Below, piece after piece: positions 12,178 through 26,996 of a stretch of 64,000 nucleotides of DNA; the stretch's first letter is position 1, and every line of letters begins with the position of its first letter. Source of the stretch: the human T2T-CHM13v2.0 reference genome, Homo sapiens; assembly GCF_009914755.1 (NCBI RefSeq), contig NC_060933.1. One strand, given 5' to 3'. Under the pieces are notes generated by a model, which made no database searches, had not been told where the DNA came from, and saw nothing but the letters and a program-made list of their open reading frames with translations. Position numbers and translations under genes: made by a program.

Positions 12178-12725
12178 TCTCTCCTCTCATCTTCTCTCCC
12201 CCTACCCCTCCCCCCTTCCTTCCCCCTCCCCCCTCTCCCCACCCCTCCTTATTACCCTCCCCCCTCACCTCCCCCTACCCTCCCCCCTCACCTCCCCTAC
12301 CCTCCCCATCTCACCTCCCTTCCCTTCCCCCGCCCCTCCCCTCCTTTCCCCTCCCCCTCCCCTTCCTCCCCTCCCCTCCCTCTCCTCCCCTATCTCACCT
12401 CCCCTCCCTTCCCCCACCCCTCCCCCTCCCTTCCTCACCCCTCCCCTTCCTCACCCCTCTCTTCCCCCTCCCTCCTTTCCCCTCCCCCTCTCTTCCTCAC
12501 CCCTCCCTTCCCCCTCCCTCCCCTCCCCTTCCCCTCCCCTCTCCTCCCCTCTTCCCTCTCCCCTCCCCTTCTCTTTCCCCCTCCTCTCCCTTCTCCTCTC
12601 CCCTCCCCCTCCCTTCTCCCCTCGCCCCTCCCTTCTCTCCTCCCCTCTCCCCTCCCCTCCCCTCTCTCCTCCCATCTCCTCCCCTCTCCCCACTCCTTCC
12701 TTTCTTCATTTTTTTCCCATCTCTC
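12178..12725. repeat. ~550-bp C-rich polypyrimidine low-complexity tract
   Basis: Almost only C/T, CCCCT/CCCT units. Confidence 0.95.
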
Positions 12726-13115
12726 AGATTTAATATTTTCTATAAATCTGTCAGCTATCTAGCCTGTCTAATGAGATTTTCATTTTGGTTATTATATTTT
12801 TCAGTTTCTAAATTTTGCATTTGATTCTTCTTTATATCTTCTATTTTTTGAGGTGGCTTTCCATCTTTGTTCATCCAAGAGTGTTTGCCCTTGTTGGAAC
12901 ATTTTTATAATAGTGGCTTTAAAGTCTTGGTCAGATAAATCCATCATCTGCATTATTTCAGTGTTGGCATCTGTTGTTTTTTTCTCATTGAGGTTTTCCT
13001 GATTCTTCATTTGTCAAATTATTTTGGGCTGTATCCTGGACAATTTAAGTGTCATATTTTGAGACCTTTTGTCTTGGTTTAATGCTGTGATGAATGTTGA
13101 ATTCTTTTCCCCCGC

Positions 13116-13443
<328 letters not shown>

Positions 13444-14448
13444 TGAAAGTTCTAAACAGCCTTCTGTAGGCTGTAGTTCCAATGCCAGTTTCCTTTACAA
13501 AACCTTTGCAGTCTTACTCAGAACTGTCCAGTGTGTGTGCCAAACATTGGACTGTCTGGGAACTGAGTAGTTGTCTACTCCATAGTTTAGCTCTCAGAGT
13601 CTGTGGTATGTTATTTTAGGATCAACCTTATGCAGGCATAGTTTGGAAGGGTGAGCACAAACTTCATGGGGCCACTTTCCTATGCTTCTCCTTCTTCATA
13701 ATCTCTCTGGTACTTTTTGGTTGCCTAATCCTCCCCTCTTTATACTTCCAGCTACAGAGCTGGAGCTTGCTTTAGTTACTCTCTTCTGCTGCACATTTCT
13801 TGCAGCTGTGCCCATACTGGGGCCAAGTAGCAAGAAGACAGAGAAAAAAATAAGCAAAAAGAATTCTTGCTACCCTCTTGATGATGAAGGTTTGTTCCCT
13901 CAGAGTTTTAGACTTCTGCAGACCCCACTGCTGCTGCTGTCACTGCTTCCACCACCATCTTGTTTGCTCAGGGGCTGGGTATGGAGGATGTTGAAAAGAA
14001 TAAAAAAAATGCCTAGGGAATTTTCTTCATTCTATCTAAGTATTAGGAGATTCTGTTCCTGCTCCTCAAGCTAGAACTAGAGGCTTCTCCTGGAGTTCTC
14101 TTTGTCTATCCCTGAGTGCCTGCTTCCAGATTTCAGCTGCTTTGAGTCTAGGGCAGGAGATACTAAAGGGGGAAAAATACTAAATCATCTGTTTGATATT
14201 AATATGAATTCTTATTTTATTCCCCAGTCTGCCTTAACTAGCTGCTTTATGCATCATCCAGGTTTTCTGGATTCAGTGGAAAAGACAAGGTAGTGTGTGC
14301 TTATTCCATCTTACTTGGAATTGGAACTCCTGGTATATTTGGAAATCAACAAAAATGTTAAAACGTAAGAAACAATTGTAACTCTAATGTATGGGTTTCC
14401 CCATATTCTTTGTTTTATGCTTCATGTTGTTTAAGAATACATGCATTA

Positions 14449-14761
<313 letters not shown>

Positions 14762-15269
14762 TTAGAACCCACACAAGGAAACTGTCCCGTTTCAGGGTAC
14801 ACCTTTTATGGGTGCAACTAAATGTGCAAATTTAGTAAAACATTTTGGGCACTTGAAGCTATTGCAACTTTTGCTGCCTCAGAGAAGCAGGATAATTAAA
14901 TTTTTGCCTATGGAAAAAGTAATTTTACCTTAGTTTTATGTCTTTTCTAATTTGTCATAAGATTCTAGGCCAAAGATCTAATAACCATTTTCTAGGAAGT
15001 TTCTTTTTGTTTGTTGTACTTATTTGAAGTGCATTAGGTTTCTCTTCTTTTTAATCACCAGTATATTGTTTTGAAAGTATATTGAACATTTTTTGTCATA
15101 TTTTTTCTCCTTTCTCTTTTATATTTCTTACCTTTTTGTACTTTTTGTTTTTTACACTGTATTTCTTTATTTTAGATTCTTCACCCCTACTCTCCATGTC
15201 CCCTACTCCCACCCCACTAAAATGGTGGATAGGATTTATGTAGGGGTGCTGCTCTGAGAGTTTGAACTC

Positions 15270-15810
15270 TGATTGAGAGACTAATCCCCACCCCCGAAGG
15301 CTGTCTGCATCAGCTGTCCCCCTGGCTAATTAGAATTCCAAAGGGCATTAATAACCATTTAAATTAATCCGATTATACCTGCAGTTGCTAAAGGTAAGGT
15401 TCAGGCTGTTTAACCCTCTGTTAATGAACGCAAACATGAATCAAAACTGGGTAGGAATTTTACAGTTTATTTTCATTTCTGCCCAAAGGAAGAAAACCAT
15501 TTCACCTGCTCTTTGTAGCAGTCTAGTTTACAACAATGCAAGGAAGCCTTGCCATTAATTCAGCCTTCATTAAAAGACCAAAGCTAAATTGCTCCATCTT
15601 GTGAAAATGCATTTGCATTGTTTGTGAAAGTCCTTTGGGGGCAGAGCTGTAGAAAACCGCCTAACAGCAAATAATCCTTTAGTTAAATGCAAAAGTGTTA
15701 TAAAGAGCTAAAAATTCTCTTTCTAGCAACTAATGTTGCAATGATAATTTGACAGTAGTGGTCTCCCAAGGGGCATTAAACAGGTGGAAAAAGAGCTACC
15801 ATTTCAGAAC
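15270..15810. promoter_or_regulatory. Candidate conserved enhancer (K50 homeodomain/SOX/POU grammar)
   Basis: TAATCC 15282 and 15672, P3 dimer TAATCCGATTA 15365-15375, TAATTA 15327, AACAATG 15532, ATTTGCAT 15611 overlapping CATTGTT, three E-boxes; no recognisable repeat. Confidence 0.5.
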
Positions 15811-18652
15811 TTTAGTTAAAAAGGAGTGGAAATTGAATGACCAGTATTAAGAGTCAGAAGAAAGTCTATAGGGTTATGTAGTCCAGTTTCTCTCATATAG
15901 GAATTTTTTCTCCAACATAGTGGACATGGTTACCTAGTTTCTTTGTAAACATCTCAGTAACAGCAAGTGTTAATAAGGCAGCCCATCTCATAATCAGATA
16001 ACTTGTTATTGTCAGAGAATCCTGATCTGAAATTAGTAACTATTATTTTTCTTTCATTTTACCCTTTGAGCCATATTGAATTATTTCAGTATAGCTCATT
16101 GCCCTCATTCCTATTCCCTGACCTCTCCATATTTTCTTCTTTAGATCAGGTGTGTATTACAGGAGATTTTTGAAATGTAGAAATATATGGAAGAATAAAA
16201 TGTTCAGTAAACATGATTGTAAGACAGCACTTTTCATACATGGTTGAAGTTGAAAAATTTTAAAGCAAGAAAAGGACCAGAAGAAATATCTTTCCATGTA
16301 ATTGGCTATTTCTTGAAGAGTTATTCTTTTTGCTGTTAATGTGTGTGTCACCTATGGAAAAGTCTAGATTCAATAACTAAGTCAGAAAAATTGGTTTGAG
16401 AAAAAGACATCTACTGGAATCTGTACGGCAGTCCTTCAACAAAGATATCTATTAGTCGATAGATGTCATCCCCAACACCTGTCTACAATGACTCATGTCT
16501 TTTCCTGATTACCACTTATAGATTTTTCCCTTTTTAAAAAAACTTTACACAAAATGTAAACTTCATACATTGGGATTATTCTTTAGTCTGGATCTTTTCT
16601 TTGAATGAAATAAGCTTTGGGATGCTTATTTAGATGTTCAATGGAACAGTGTGGAGAACAGTAATTGTGTTTGGGCTAAAGAATTAATCCATTTAGTCAT
16701 GGGAAGCACTACTTAGCTTTCCATAGCAGCTGAATTGTGGTGCAACTTTGGGGCTATTTTAGGATTTTAACCTCAAATAGAAATGAAAGTTTATTTGTAT
16801 TGATGAACATATGCTTTTGAATAATGAGCCATTGACTTGATTTCAATGAAAGTGAAATTGTTTTTCAATTCAGTTATTTTATGTTTGAACATGAATTGAA
16901 AGCTACATCTTTGTATTGCTGAAATTTAAAAAAAATCAATAACTTTAACATTTTAACAGAAAGTGTTTTAATAAGCAATTATTAGGGTGGCTTCAGAAGG
17001 GTATTGTAGCTTTAAAAATTTCTGACGGTTATTAGTACACTTTTGTACTGTGTAAATCAGACATTGGAATAAAATTACTTTTATTAACTAAAATTCTCCT
17101 ACAATAGGAAATTTTACTGCATTTTGACATCTAGCAGGCCAAAGAAAGATGTTCAGAAAGTCTTATTTCTGTCTCAGACCAATAATTATCCCATATTTTG
17201 TATAAAACATTCTTTAAAATTGTTAGTTTAGATGATCACACAAAAGTAACTTTTCCAAGGGATGTAAGTTGCCTGCCACTGTACTACAGTCTGGCAGGTT
17301 CTACAGCCTGGAGAAAAATCTAGTAGCCTTTTAAAAAAAAAAAATTGTGTTAATAATAGCCTGTTTATGTTGTTGGATTTTCTGCTGTTTCATGTACAAT
17401 TTTATATGAGCTACCAATTAATGCAGTTTATATGCAGTTTCTATCCTCAGCAAGGAATGAGGTGGTAATCCTGCCCTGCTCTTACTACAAAAGCTGGGCA
17501 CATATCTACCAAGGAAAAATTTGTCCGCCTTCAGGAATTTCTTTCTCCCTCTTTCCTAATCAGTGCAAATCCATCAGTCACCTGAAATCTCATCTCCTCC
17601 ATGAAGCTTGTCCTGTGTGACCCTTGTAACCTGATATCCTCATCTTTAAAATTATTATTTGAATGCCTCATCCCTTTCCCTCTTACAGCGTTTTCATTAT
17701 GATTTTCAGGTTCACACTCAAACTCAGACATTGCTGATGTTCTTTGAACTCCTCTCTGGCACTTAACTTGCCTATCCCACACAATTAAGCACTCTGACCA
17801 ATTTTGTAGTTAGGGTGAAGTTTTCATACAAATGTGGATATATTGAAGACAAACTCTAAAAAATTGGGTACTTGCTATGCTAGGATAGTGGCCTTTAATA
17901 TATTAAAGAATATTTCTCTTTTTGAGTTAGCATTTTTAATAGAAAATTAGATAATGGTTAAAACTCAAATTGGAGTACTTGATTCCTGGTGATTTAAGAG
18001 ATGATACAGAGGTCCTATAAGAGACTTTAGAGCTTACTTACATATCGTAAGTGGTAGGTCAATGTAGAGTTAAGTAGCAACGGCCTTGCAACTCAAGAGC
18101 AAGACTGTTAGATAATATAGGTAGAGAATCAAGCAGGATGAAGCAGTGTATTTAGTATAGGGAATGGAATTATTTGGAGTAATGGTACTGGGAAAACATG
18201 TCTGAACAGATAATAGAGAGTGTGTGGGGTTAAGACAGACTCTAGTGGCACTGGGAGGATTGGGATAGAGCTTGGTGTTGCACAGATATTGTGCCTTAAG
18301 CTTAAGTGATGTATTGATGATTTTCATGGAGCATTTATTCTTTTTAAAGGGAAGATTTATTTGGGTGTTGTCCTGGTTAACTTCAGGAAGGCTTCTGTGT
18401 GAAATTATGCTGGAATTCGTTTTAAGGATGTAAATCCTATAAATCCACAGCTTGGGTGACAAATTGAATCTCTAACAAATAGAAGGAATTTAAGAGAAAA
18501 ATCCTGTTGTCAAAGAATAGCTGATATTACAAACAGTTATTATATATACAAATTCTCTATCCAAAGGATGTCTTTGTATGTTGTTGAGATCATTGTCACT
18601 GCTTACTCTCAGGTGGGTATAGCAGAACAAGAACTCAGATTTCTTGGATTCT

Positions 18653-18959
18653 CTTTTTTCTTTTTTTTTTTTTTTTTGAGATGGGGTCTCACTCTATTGC
18701 CCAGGCTAGAGTGCAGTGGTGTGATCTCGGCTCACTGCAACCTCCACCACCCGGGTTCAAGCTATTCTCATGCCTCAGCCTCCCTAGTAGCTAGGATTAC
18801 AGGCGTGCACCACCACACCTGGCTAATTTTTGTATTTTCAGTGAAGACGGGGTTTTACCATGTTAGCAAGGCTGGTCTTGAACTCCTGACCTCAGGAGAT
18901 CCGCCCACCTCAGCCTCCCAAAGTGCTGGGATTACAGACGTAAGCCACCGCGTCCAGCC
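18653..18959 (-). mobile_element. AluSx-like
   Basis: Full dimer with poly(T); GATTCTC on both flanks. Confidence 0.93.
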
Positions 18960-21900
18960 AGATTCTCATATTTTTTGTAACAGCAGATCCCTTATAAGTG
19001 CATCCCTTTGCACACCTAAATGCCTAAATCATATTGTTGATAAGTTTAATTCAGCAAATAACTGTTATTTAGCCACTAGGGACGTTGCAGAAGAAACTAC
19101 AAAATAAAGTTTTTTTTGTTTATTTTCTTCTCATCTCCTTTAGATATATGAAAAATGCTGCTCATTAGCAATGTTTGTGATGTGGTCATGCAAACCAATG
19201 TGTTTTGCGTCTAATGTAGCAGTTTAATGAGTGGGAAGATGACTATCCTGGGGTGAATATGAAATGTGGCATGGAAAAGGAAACAATTGCTTGTGAATCC
19301 TGGAGAATCTGGTAAAGGGGGAACTTAAATATGTCGAGGAAGGGAAAGGCATTGTAAACCAGAAGAATAGATAGGGAGAACAGTTTGAGCAAATTGTTTT
19401 GGGAGGCATATTTAATGTAGTGAAGACTTAATGTAGTAGTGATTTAATGCGAATTAGCTGGAAGAGACACTACCTACAAAGCTCATAATTTAGTCCAAAT
19501 TCTGAGGAGTAACTTATACTAGGTTGGTAATGGTACTACTGCAAGTAAATAAAATATTGCCAAAATAATTTTGAAATTAGAGTCACCACGATTTAATGAC
19601 TTGATAAAAATGTTAATGGAGAGAAGAGAGATTGTAAGTTTGTGTGATTTTTTAAAATAATTCAACTACTGATAGCAATAGGGAAGTTGAAAGGAAGGGC
19701 CCAGTCCACTTTAGTTTTAGATGTGTAGAGTTTGAATTTTCTGCATTTGATTTTGGTGAAGGAATTATGAGGGTACTTCAAAAAATAAGACTAGAATGTT
19801 TGTGTCAGGCCCAGATATATAAATATATATAAATATTTGGGCATGGAAAGAAAATCCCAGGAATCAAATAATGTGCCAGTTTTATGATTTTGACACACTC
19901 AAACCTCTGCCTTTTGTTTCTCTGGGTCACTCTGTCCAGTACAACAATAGGCTTGCTATGTATTTTGGATGAACAATGAAAGAGAGTGAACTGTTCTTTA
20001 AAAAGCTGTTTATTATAGTGAAACTTTATCTGTAGATGCAGCCACTTTGCCAGATCTCTGATGGAACTAACAATAATTTTGTCTAGTTAATTTTAATAGT
20101 ACGTCCTTTGTCACAGGTTGTTCAAATGAACAAATATAACATGATTTTTATGGCAGGTAAAGAAGAATATTTTAAATGGAAGGAGACCTGATGCAAAGAA
20201 AAAGGCATTATTTTTAGTGGTGCAGCGATTTTGGGACTTATTATAGTAGAACCTATTCTTTATAGAGATTATTTTGTTTGATTTTTCTATTTTGTTTTTC
20301 TTTGCTATCTAGCTTTGTTACATAGTGACCATTTTTAGCACTATAAAACTTAATGTAGTAATCAGATTTAGCAGATTATTATTTAAAGCTGAGCATTTAA
20401 AATTAACTTTTTGCCCTGTGTTCATTTTTGAATTTCCTGTTTTTATATAAATATTTGATTAAAAAGCTTTCTGTTTAATAAAATTGTGTTATGATTATTT
20501 TAATGTCGTTTGAGGACATTTAAAAAACCCTCCCAAAATATCTAGGATATTGTTTTAATCTGTAGCCTTCTCAGTAGAAATTAAAAAAATTGGGGGATAC
20601 ACTTTTTTGTGTGAAGGATAAAGCTCTTGTATTAATGACAACATTAGGTACTGGGTAGTATTTTAGTCATTATTAAAATTATTATTAAAAATTCTGTTAT
20701 ATATTGTAACGTATTAAACATTTGAGTATGTGTTGAGTTCATCATTTGAATACATAGTGCTGTTTTAAGTTATTTGTGTGTTATGAAGAAAAGGTCACTA
20801 TGTTTTATTTTTATAAGGTGGAAAAAACAATCCAGAATGATAATCAAAGCCAAGGTAGAGGAACTTGTTAAACACTTTAAAATTAGACTTCCCCCCACCC
20901 CCAGCCTCTAGTGTGATACTTTGAAGGCAGCTGCTACAGATAAACTCTGGAGCCCCAGATGGTGGTTGCCTAATCCTCATGAGAATTCATGTCCTGGAAG
21001 CAGCTCTTATCTCTCCAGACCTGACATTGTCTGTGAGCTTTTGCTAAGGAGGGAATAATATAAACATGCTATGCATGAGTTTCACTTCTTGAATATGTCA
21101 AAGACACAGGAAGTTATAACAAAGTATAAAAAGAACCGAGTTCACATTTATTGAAAATGTTGTTATTTAAAGCACTTGATGCTAGCTTGTGATGATGAGT
21201 GATGGGGTGCAGTCTGGAAGGAAAGGCACAGTGAACTGTTTTTTATTTTGGAAACGAAAATGCCAGTCTCAGTGTTATGATTTCAGAGATGTAGATTTGT
21301 CATTAAGTGTGCAGTACCCAGAATAATTCAGTTATTTGATCTAATGTAAGAATGTAAAACAATCCATCCTGTAAATGAATGTCCTGGCTTTTATTTCCTA
21401 TGCAGGAGTCCTCTCTGTTTCGAAAGTCAAAACAGCAATTGCACTATTCTGGATTTGATGTTTTGTTAAAAAAAAAAAGTTTCTGAAATCTGATCTGTGA
21501 GATCTGGGCCAGTGACAACTATAAGTGGTTGTCTCTTTGGCATAGCAGCCAAATATTCTGAAGTGAAATTGTGGATACTTTATCTACTTCAGGTAGTGTC
21601 TCATTTAATATATGAGCAGGGATGTTGGCACTGTCATCATGAATAATTGTTGAATCACCCATCACTTGATGTTATGACTGTCTATAAGGAAAAAGGGGAA
21701 TTTCCCATCTTATAAAATGACAAAATTTGTAATTAAATGGGAAACTGTAGTGTTCCTCATAACAAAGCCTAAGCCTGTCTTTCAAATCTGATACCTCTTT
21801 CTCTAAATAACCTGTTTTCCAACCACTCTGGCCCTCTTACTTGTCCTAGAATCTGTGGTGCCCTGTTATGTTTTCATATCTTTTTTCATTTTATTTCATC

Positions 21901-22972
21901 ATTCTGCAGAGCCCTTCCTCAAAAAAGCTTCTATTCATCCTGTGAGATGAATAGACCCAGCTAAAATATCACTTGTTCTATGGAGTCTTTCTCAGACTGA
22001 ATAATTTTATTTTCTCCCAGAATGTTACAACCAGAGTAATCTTTGTAAACTACAGATTTGATCATGCCTCAATAAAAAAGTTTTAATGGTAATTAACATT
22101 TCATATCAAACTCAGTGTATCAGCCTAGTGGTCTCTGTCTTCATTTGTCCAGCCGATCACATCTTCTCTTTGTCACAGAACAACTTGCTGTTATCCCTTC
22201 CTCTGAGCCTACTTTGTGGTCACTTTTGCCCTGGAGTGCTCACCCGTCTGTCTATTTTAGTCTTCCTCATTTTTAAAGATCTAGAGTCTATGAGGAATTA
22301 AGATAATACAAAGTGGAAAGTGTTAGGTGCCAAAAGAGAAAGAATTCAGTTGGCATACTTATGTTGTCTTTGCCTCCTCTGTTCAAGTGGGAGGTCCTAA
22401 TGATAGAGCTTGCTCCCTCAAACTTGTGTATATTCTGCAGTCTCTAGTACAGTATCTTAGGGAAGAGGTAGAGGAGGAGATAAATTTGAAAGATTAGTAA
22501 GAAAGAACTGAGTAAAACCTGGGTTTGGTTAGATAGGATAGGTGGTAGAGTGAAGGAAGAGGCATCAAAGACTCGTGTTCAATACCTTTTTTGCATTGAA
22601 TTAATTGATGATTGACCCTTGGTGTGTTTGTCATATTTTCCTTGCTCTTTGAAATTCTTTTGCCTAATGTGTGCTAAAGTAGTCTGAAACAGACTGCTTA
22701 CCACCTGTATCTTTTAGCCTTCTACCCACTGAGCTCCTTTTCTATTGCTTCCTATTTTTGACACATTTGCCACACCCTCCTCCCCACCTGTATTCTCTTT
22801 TTTGGGTTCTGTTTCCCATAGTAATTTAAATGGCCAATGAAAACATGCCCCAGATGATACTATTTTTCATCATGCTCTCCTGCCACTTTGTTTTCCTGTT
22901 TAAAAGAACAAACAGCAAAAGAAAAAGACACAAGCTGCTAGTTTGTAGCCTAGCTGGCTCTGATTTCTCTAA

Positions 22973-23700
<728 letters not shown>

Positions 23701-25314
23701 TGTTTCTTTTTCTTACCGCGCTCTGCTCCCATTTTTGCCTTCCCATTTGTGCGCCACCATTATTAAATGCTTTATATTCTCTCTTTTGATTGGGTTACAC
23801 ATTCTTTTATTCTTCCTATTCTTAATCCTTTGTGTTTTCTCTGTTACTTTGTTTTTCTAATTTCCTCTCTCTTTGTTATCTTTTTCTGTTTTCTTCTCCA
23901 TGTTCACTTCCTTTTTTTATTATCTTTCAACTCTCCTCCTTTTTTCACTCTTCACTGTGTATCATTAAAAAATAAAAACAAACCCGAAAACAAAACATAA
24001 GCTCTTGGCTGTATTCAGGCCTCATTTTGTGCTTAATTTCCATGTTTCCTGTTGCTTTAATTAGAGCTGACACCAAGTTTTCCCCTTCATTTATGACTTT
24101 TCATTGTTTTCCTCATATTCCTTACCCATAACAAATCTTAAAAAGCTATAATCCCAGCTGTTCTCCATCACCATCATGTCCAACTCCATGTGCTTTCTTT
24201 TTCCATTTTTCTTCCAGTGATTTTATGTATGTGTGTTTATTAAAGTCCTAAAATGGGGAAAGTATGGCTGATGTGCAACTGTTGAGTCCTGCAATACTGG
24301 CTTTTCTGCCTCCTAGAAGCCTTGGTGGTGAGGGTAGAAGCGGGAGCCAATTCATAAAAAGAGAGTGAAGAGTCAAATAAGAAATTTGAGGGTGTTTATA
24401 GCTGTCTGTAAATTATGCTTTGTGGAAAATAGAGTTGGAAGTGTAATTGAGGAACAGGAGTAGACCAGAAATATGAACCATTGAAAGGCTCTCTGCTTAA
24501 AGATGCTTATCTTTTCTTCCCTTCCCCTGTGACTCATACCTACTGTTCATTAGAAATGCATGTGTTTTAACTGGTCTTTTTTAAAATGAAAATGTTCTGT
24601 AATGTTAAGTCTTCATCACACTTTGTGTGACTTAATCAGATTGTGAATAGGAATTTTAATTTTGAGTGTGAGGGAAGGACAGTGGAGGGAGAGCACTAAT
24701 GGGTAGAAACTCTCCTGTGTAACAGGGGCTATGGGAGACAAGGGTATCATTGCATGCTCTTGTAACTTTTGTTTTGAATTCATTGAATTTTTTAAATGAA
24801 GAAGATATTAGTGAGAGTCTAGTTTAATTTATTTATTTTATAGGTTAAAAAACGATCCAGAGAGATTTACTTGTTCAGGTCTTACAGCTTGTTAGTGATT
24901 GAAAAGGGCCAGTTCAATCCATTGTCTTTTTAATGCCATATTATTTTTGTATTACAGTGGCTTCCTAGCCATTCCTTGACTTGAAGTGAGAAGAAAAGGA
25001 TCAAAGAGAAAAAGAGACAAAAAGTAATATGTATATGTGCCCTTCCACCTTCTCATTCTTTTCTTCCTTTATTGTCAGCATATTATAATATTCTGGTTTT
25101 CCATATCTGAAGAACAGATCCTGCTTGTACGGCTAAGGAGCTGTTTTATTGCAAGTATTAGAAAACAAAAATATTAGAGCTTTATTGAGGAGGAAAGTAA
25201 TAATATATTTTAAAGGTTTTCTATGCTATTTTATTTGTGTTCATCAAAAACACAAGATCACTTTTTGTGTAGAAAATCTGAATGGGAAGCAAAATCTGAC
25301 TGGAGAATCCAGTG

Positions 25315-25425
25315 GTCCAGAGTTACTTTAAGAAGTGAATATGTTTAAATAGCAGGGCCCAATGACATGCATCCTAGGGCACTTAAAGATGTGGCAGATA
25401 CCATTGCAGAGGCACTAGCAAATTA
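25315..25425 (+). mobile_element. CR1/L3 LINE ORF2 fragment
   Basis: Translates AGPNDMHPRALKDVADTIAEALA, matching the CR1-clade motif (K)SAGPDGMHPRVLKELADVIAxPL. Confidence 0.75.
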
Positions 25426-26196
25426 CCATGCACAGGATGTGAAAAGGGCAGAGTAATGGTAGGGCTTCTAAGCCACCACTTTTGTTAATCTAGTGCTCTT
25501 TACCACCTCCCCCAAAGCTATAGAAACAAAGAAGCTATACAAAACTCATATTATCTGCATTGCACTGGGCTTTGAAGACACCACTTATCCAGCCATACCC
25601 CATTTTCTCAACTTACGCATCCTAAATGTAAATCCAATGTGGGTTTTAAGAGCTTGTATAATGTCTATGGAAAATAGAGAGTAGAAATAGAGCTTCTATT
25701 CACAAGTGTTTCTTGAATCCCATTTTTTAGAGTACATTTAGCATACTGACTTATTTGATCCTCTAAGCAACTCAGAATGTCTCTGATATAATGCATAAAA
25801 ATAAAGATAGCACAGTGTGCAATAAAAAAGTTTACATTCTTTGGATTCAGTTTGTATTATCAATCCAGACCTTTTTATTTGTTTGTTTCTATTATGTACC
25901 TTGTCTGCTTCCACAAAAGGATTTGAGATAGATTGGGATAACATGCATGTACAATAGTAGGACAGCTGAAGATAAAGTTAAAGGGTAAACAGTCAAGTGA
26001 GGTTACCTCTTCTAGGAACCTGAGGTAAAATGATTATTGTATTTAGATATTAAATTTAGCTCTCAGCTTTGGCAGTTAAAACCAAAGGGAAACATAATGA
26101 ATTGTTTGTTTTAATTGTTTGTTTAATTAAAGAGAAGCACATTACTTTTAACCTTAAATCATGGCTATTTAAATACACATGTATTATCTCTGTAAA

Positions 26197-26480
<284 letters not shown>

Positions 26481-26794
26481 TAAACTACTTTAGAGTAGAA
26501 ACCATATGGATCCACGTTTGTCTCCATCACAGTTTTTAGCACAAGTGAACAAATGGTTGAATATGATTTATTTTTAGGAAAGTAACTTGTTTTGGCACTA
26601 GAATCTAAGAGAAAATTTGGCTTCTGGAATCTTATGAACAAAATACTGAGTAATGTAAGTTATTGACAACTATTTCAGCCAAAGTTTTACAAAAGAAGCA
26701 AAACAGTTCTTTGTATAGCCCTTGCTTTTGTTAAACCCACAGAAACTACAGGGGGCAACTAGGAAGTGCAGGGTGGTATCTTGAACAAATGAGA

Positions 26795-26960
26795 TTCTGA
26801 GTCGATGGACCCAAATCTAGTCCCATATCTGCTTTGGTTTCTGTGACATTGGGGAAGCTATATAACCTTACTGAACTTTACAGATTTCCTCATTTGTAAA
26901 ATAGGGCTAATAATAATTTTCTCAAAGGCATTTTGGTTTGTTTAAATGAGGTAATCCAGG
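26795..26960 (+). mobile_element. MIR
   Basis: CTGTGACATTGGGGAAG...TTTCCTCATTTGTAAAATAGGGCTAATAATA. Confidence 0.7.
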
Positions 26961-26996
26961 TACGCAACAGTTTCTTTTGAGAGAAAATATTTTTCT

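Noticed and set aside
11916-12824. 302-aa and 221-aa Pro/Ser/Leu-rich ORFs (and Gly/Arg/Glu-rich antisense ORFs)
   Set aside because: Read-through of an AluJ plus a C/T tract that almost cannot contain stop codons; no splice or promoter support
18568-19107. 179-aa ORF and the many other [15 protein letters not shown] ORFs
   Set aside because: Alu translations
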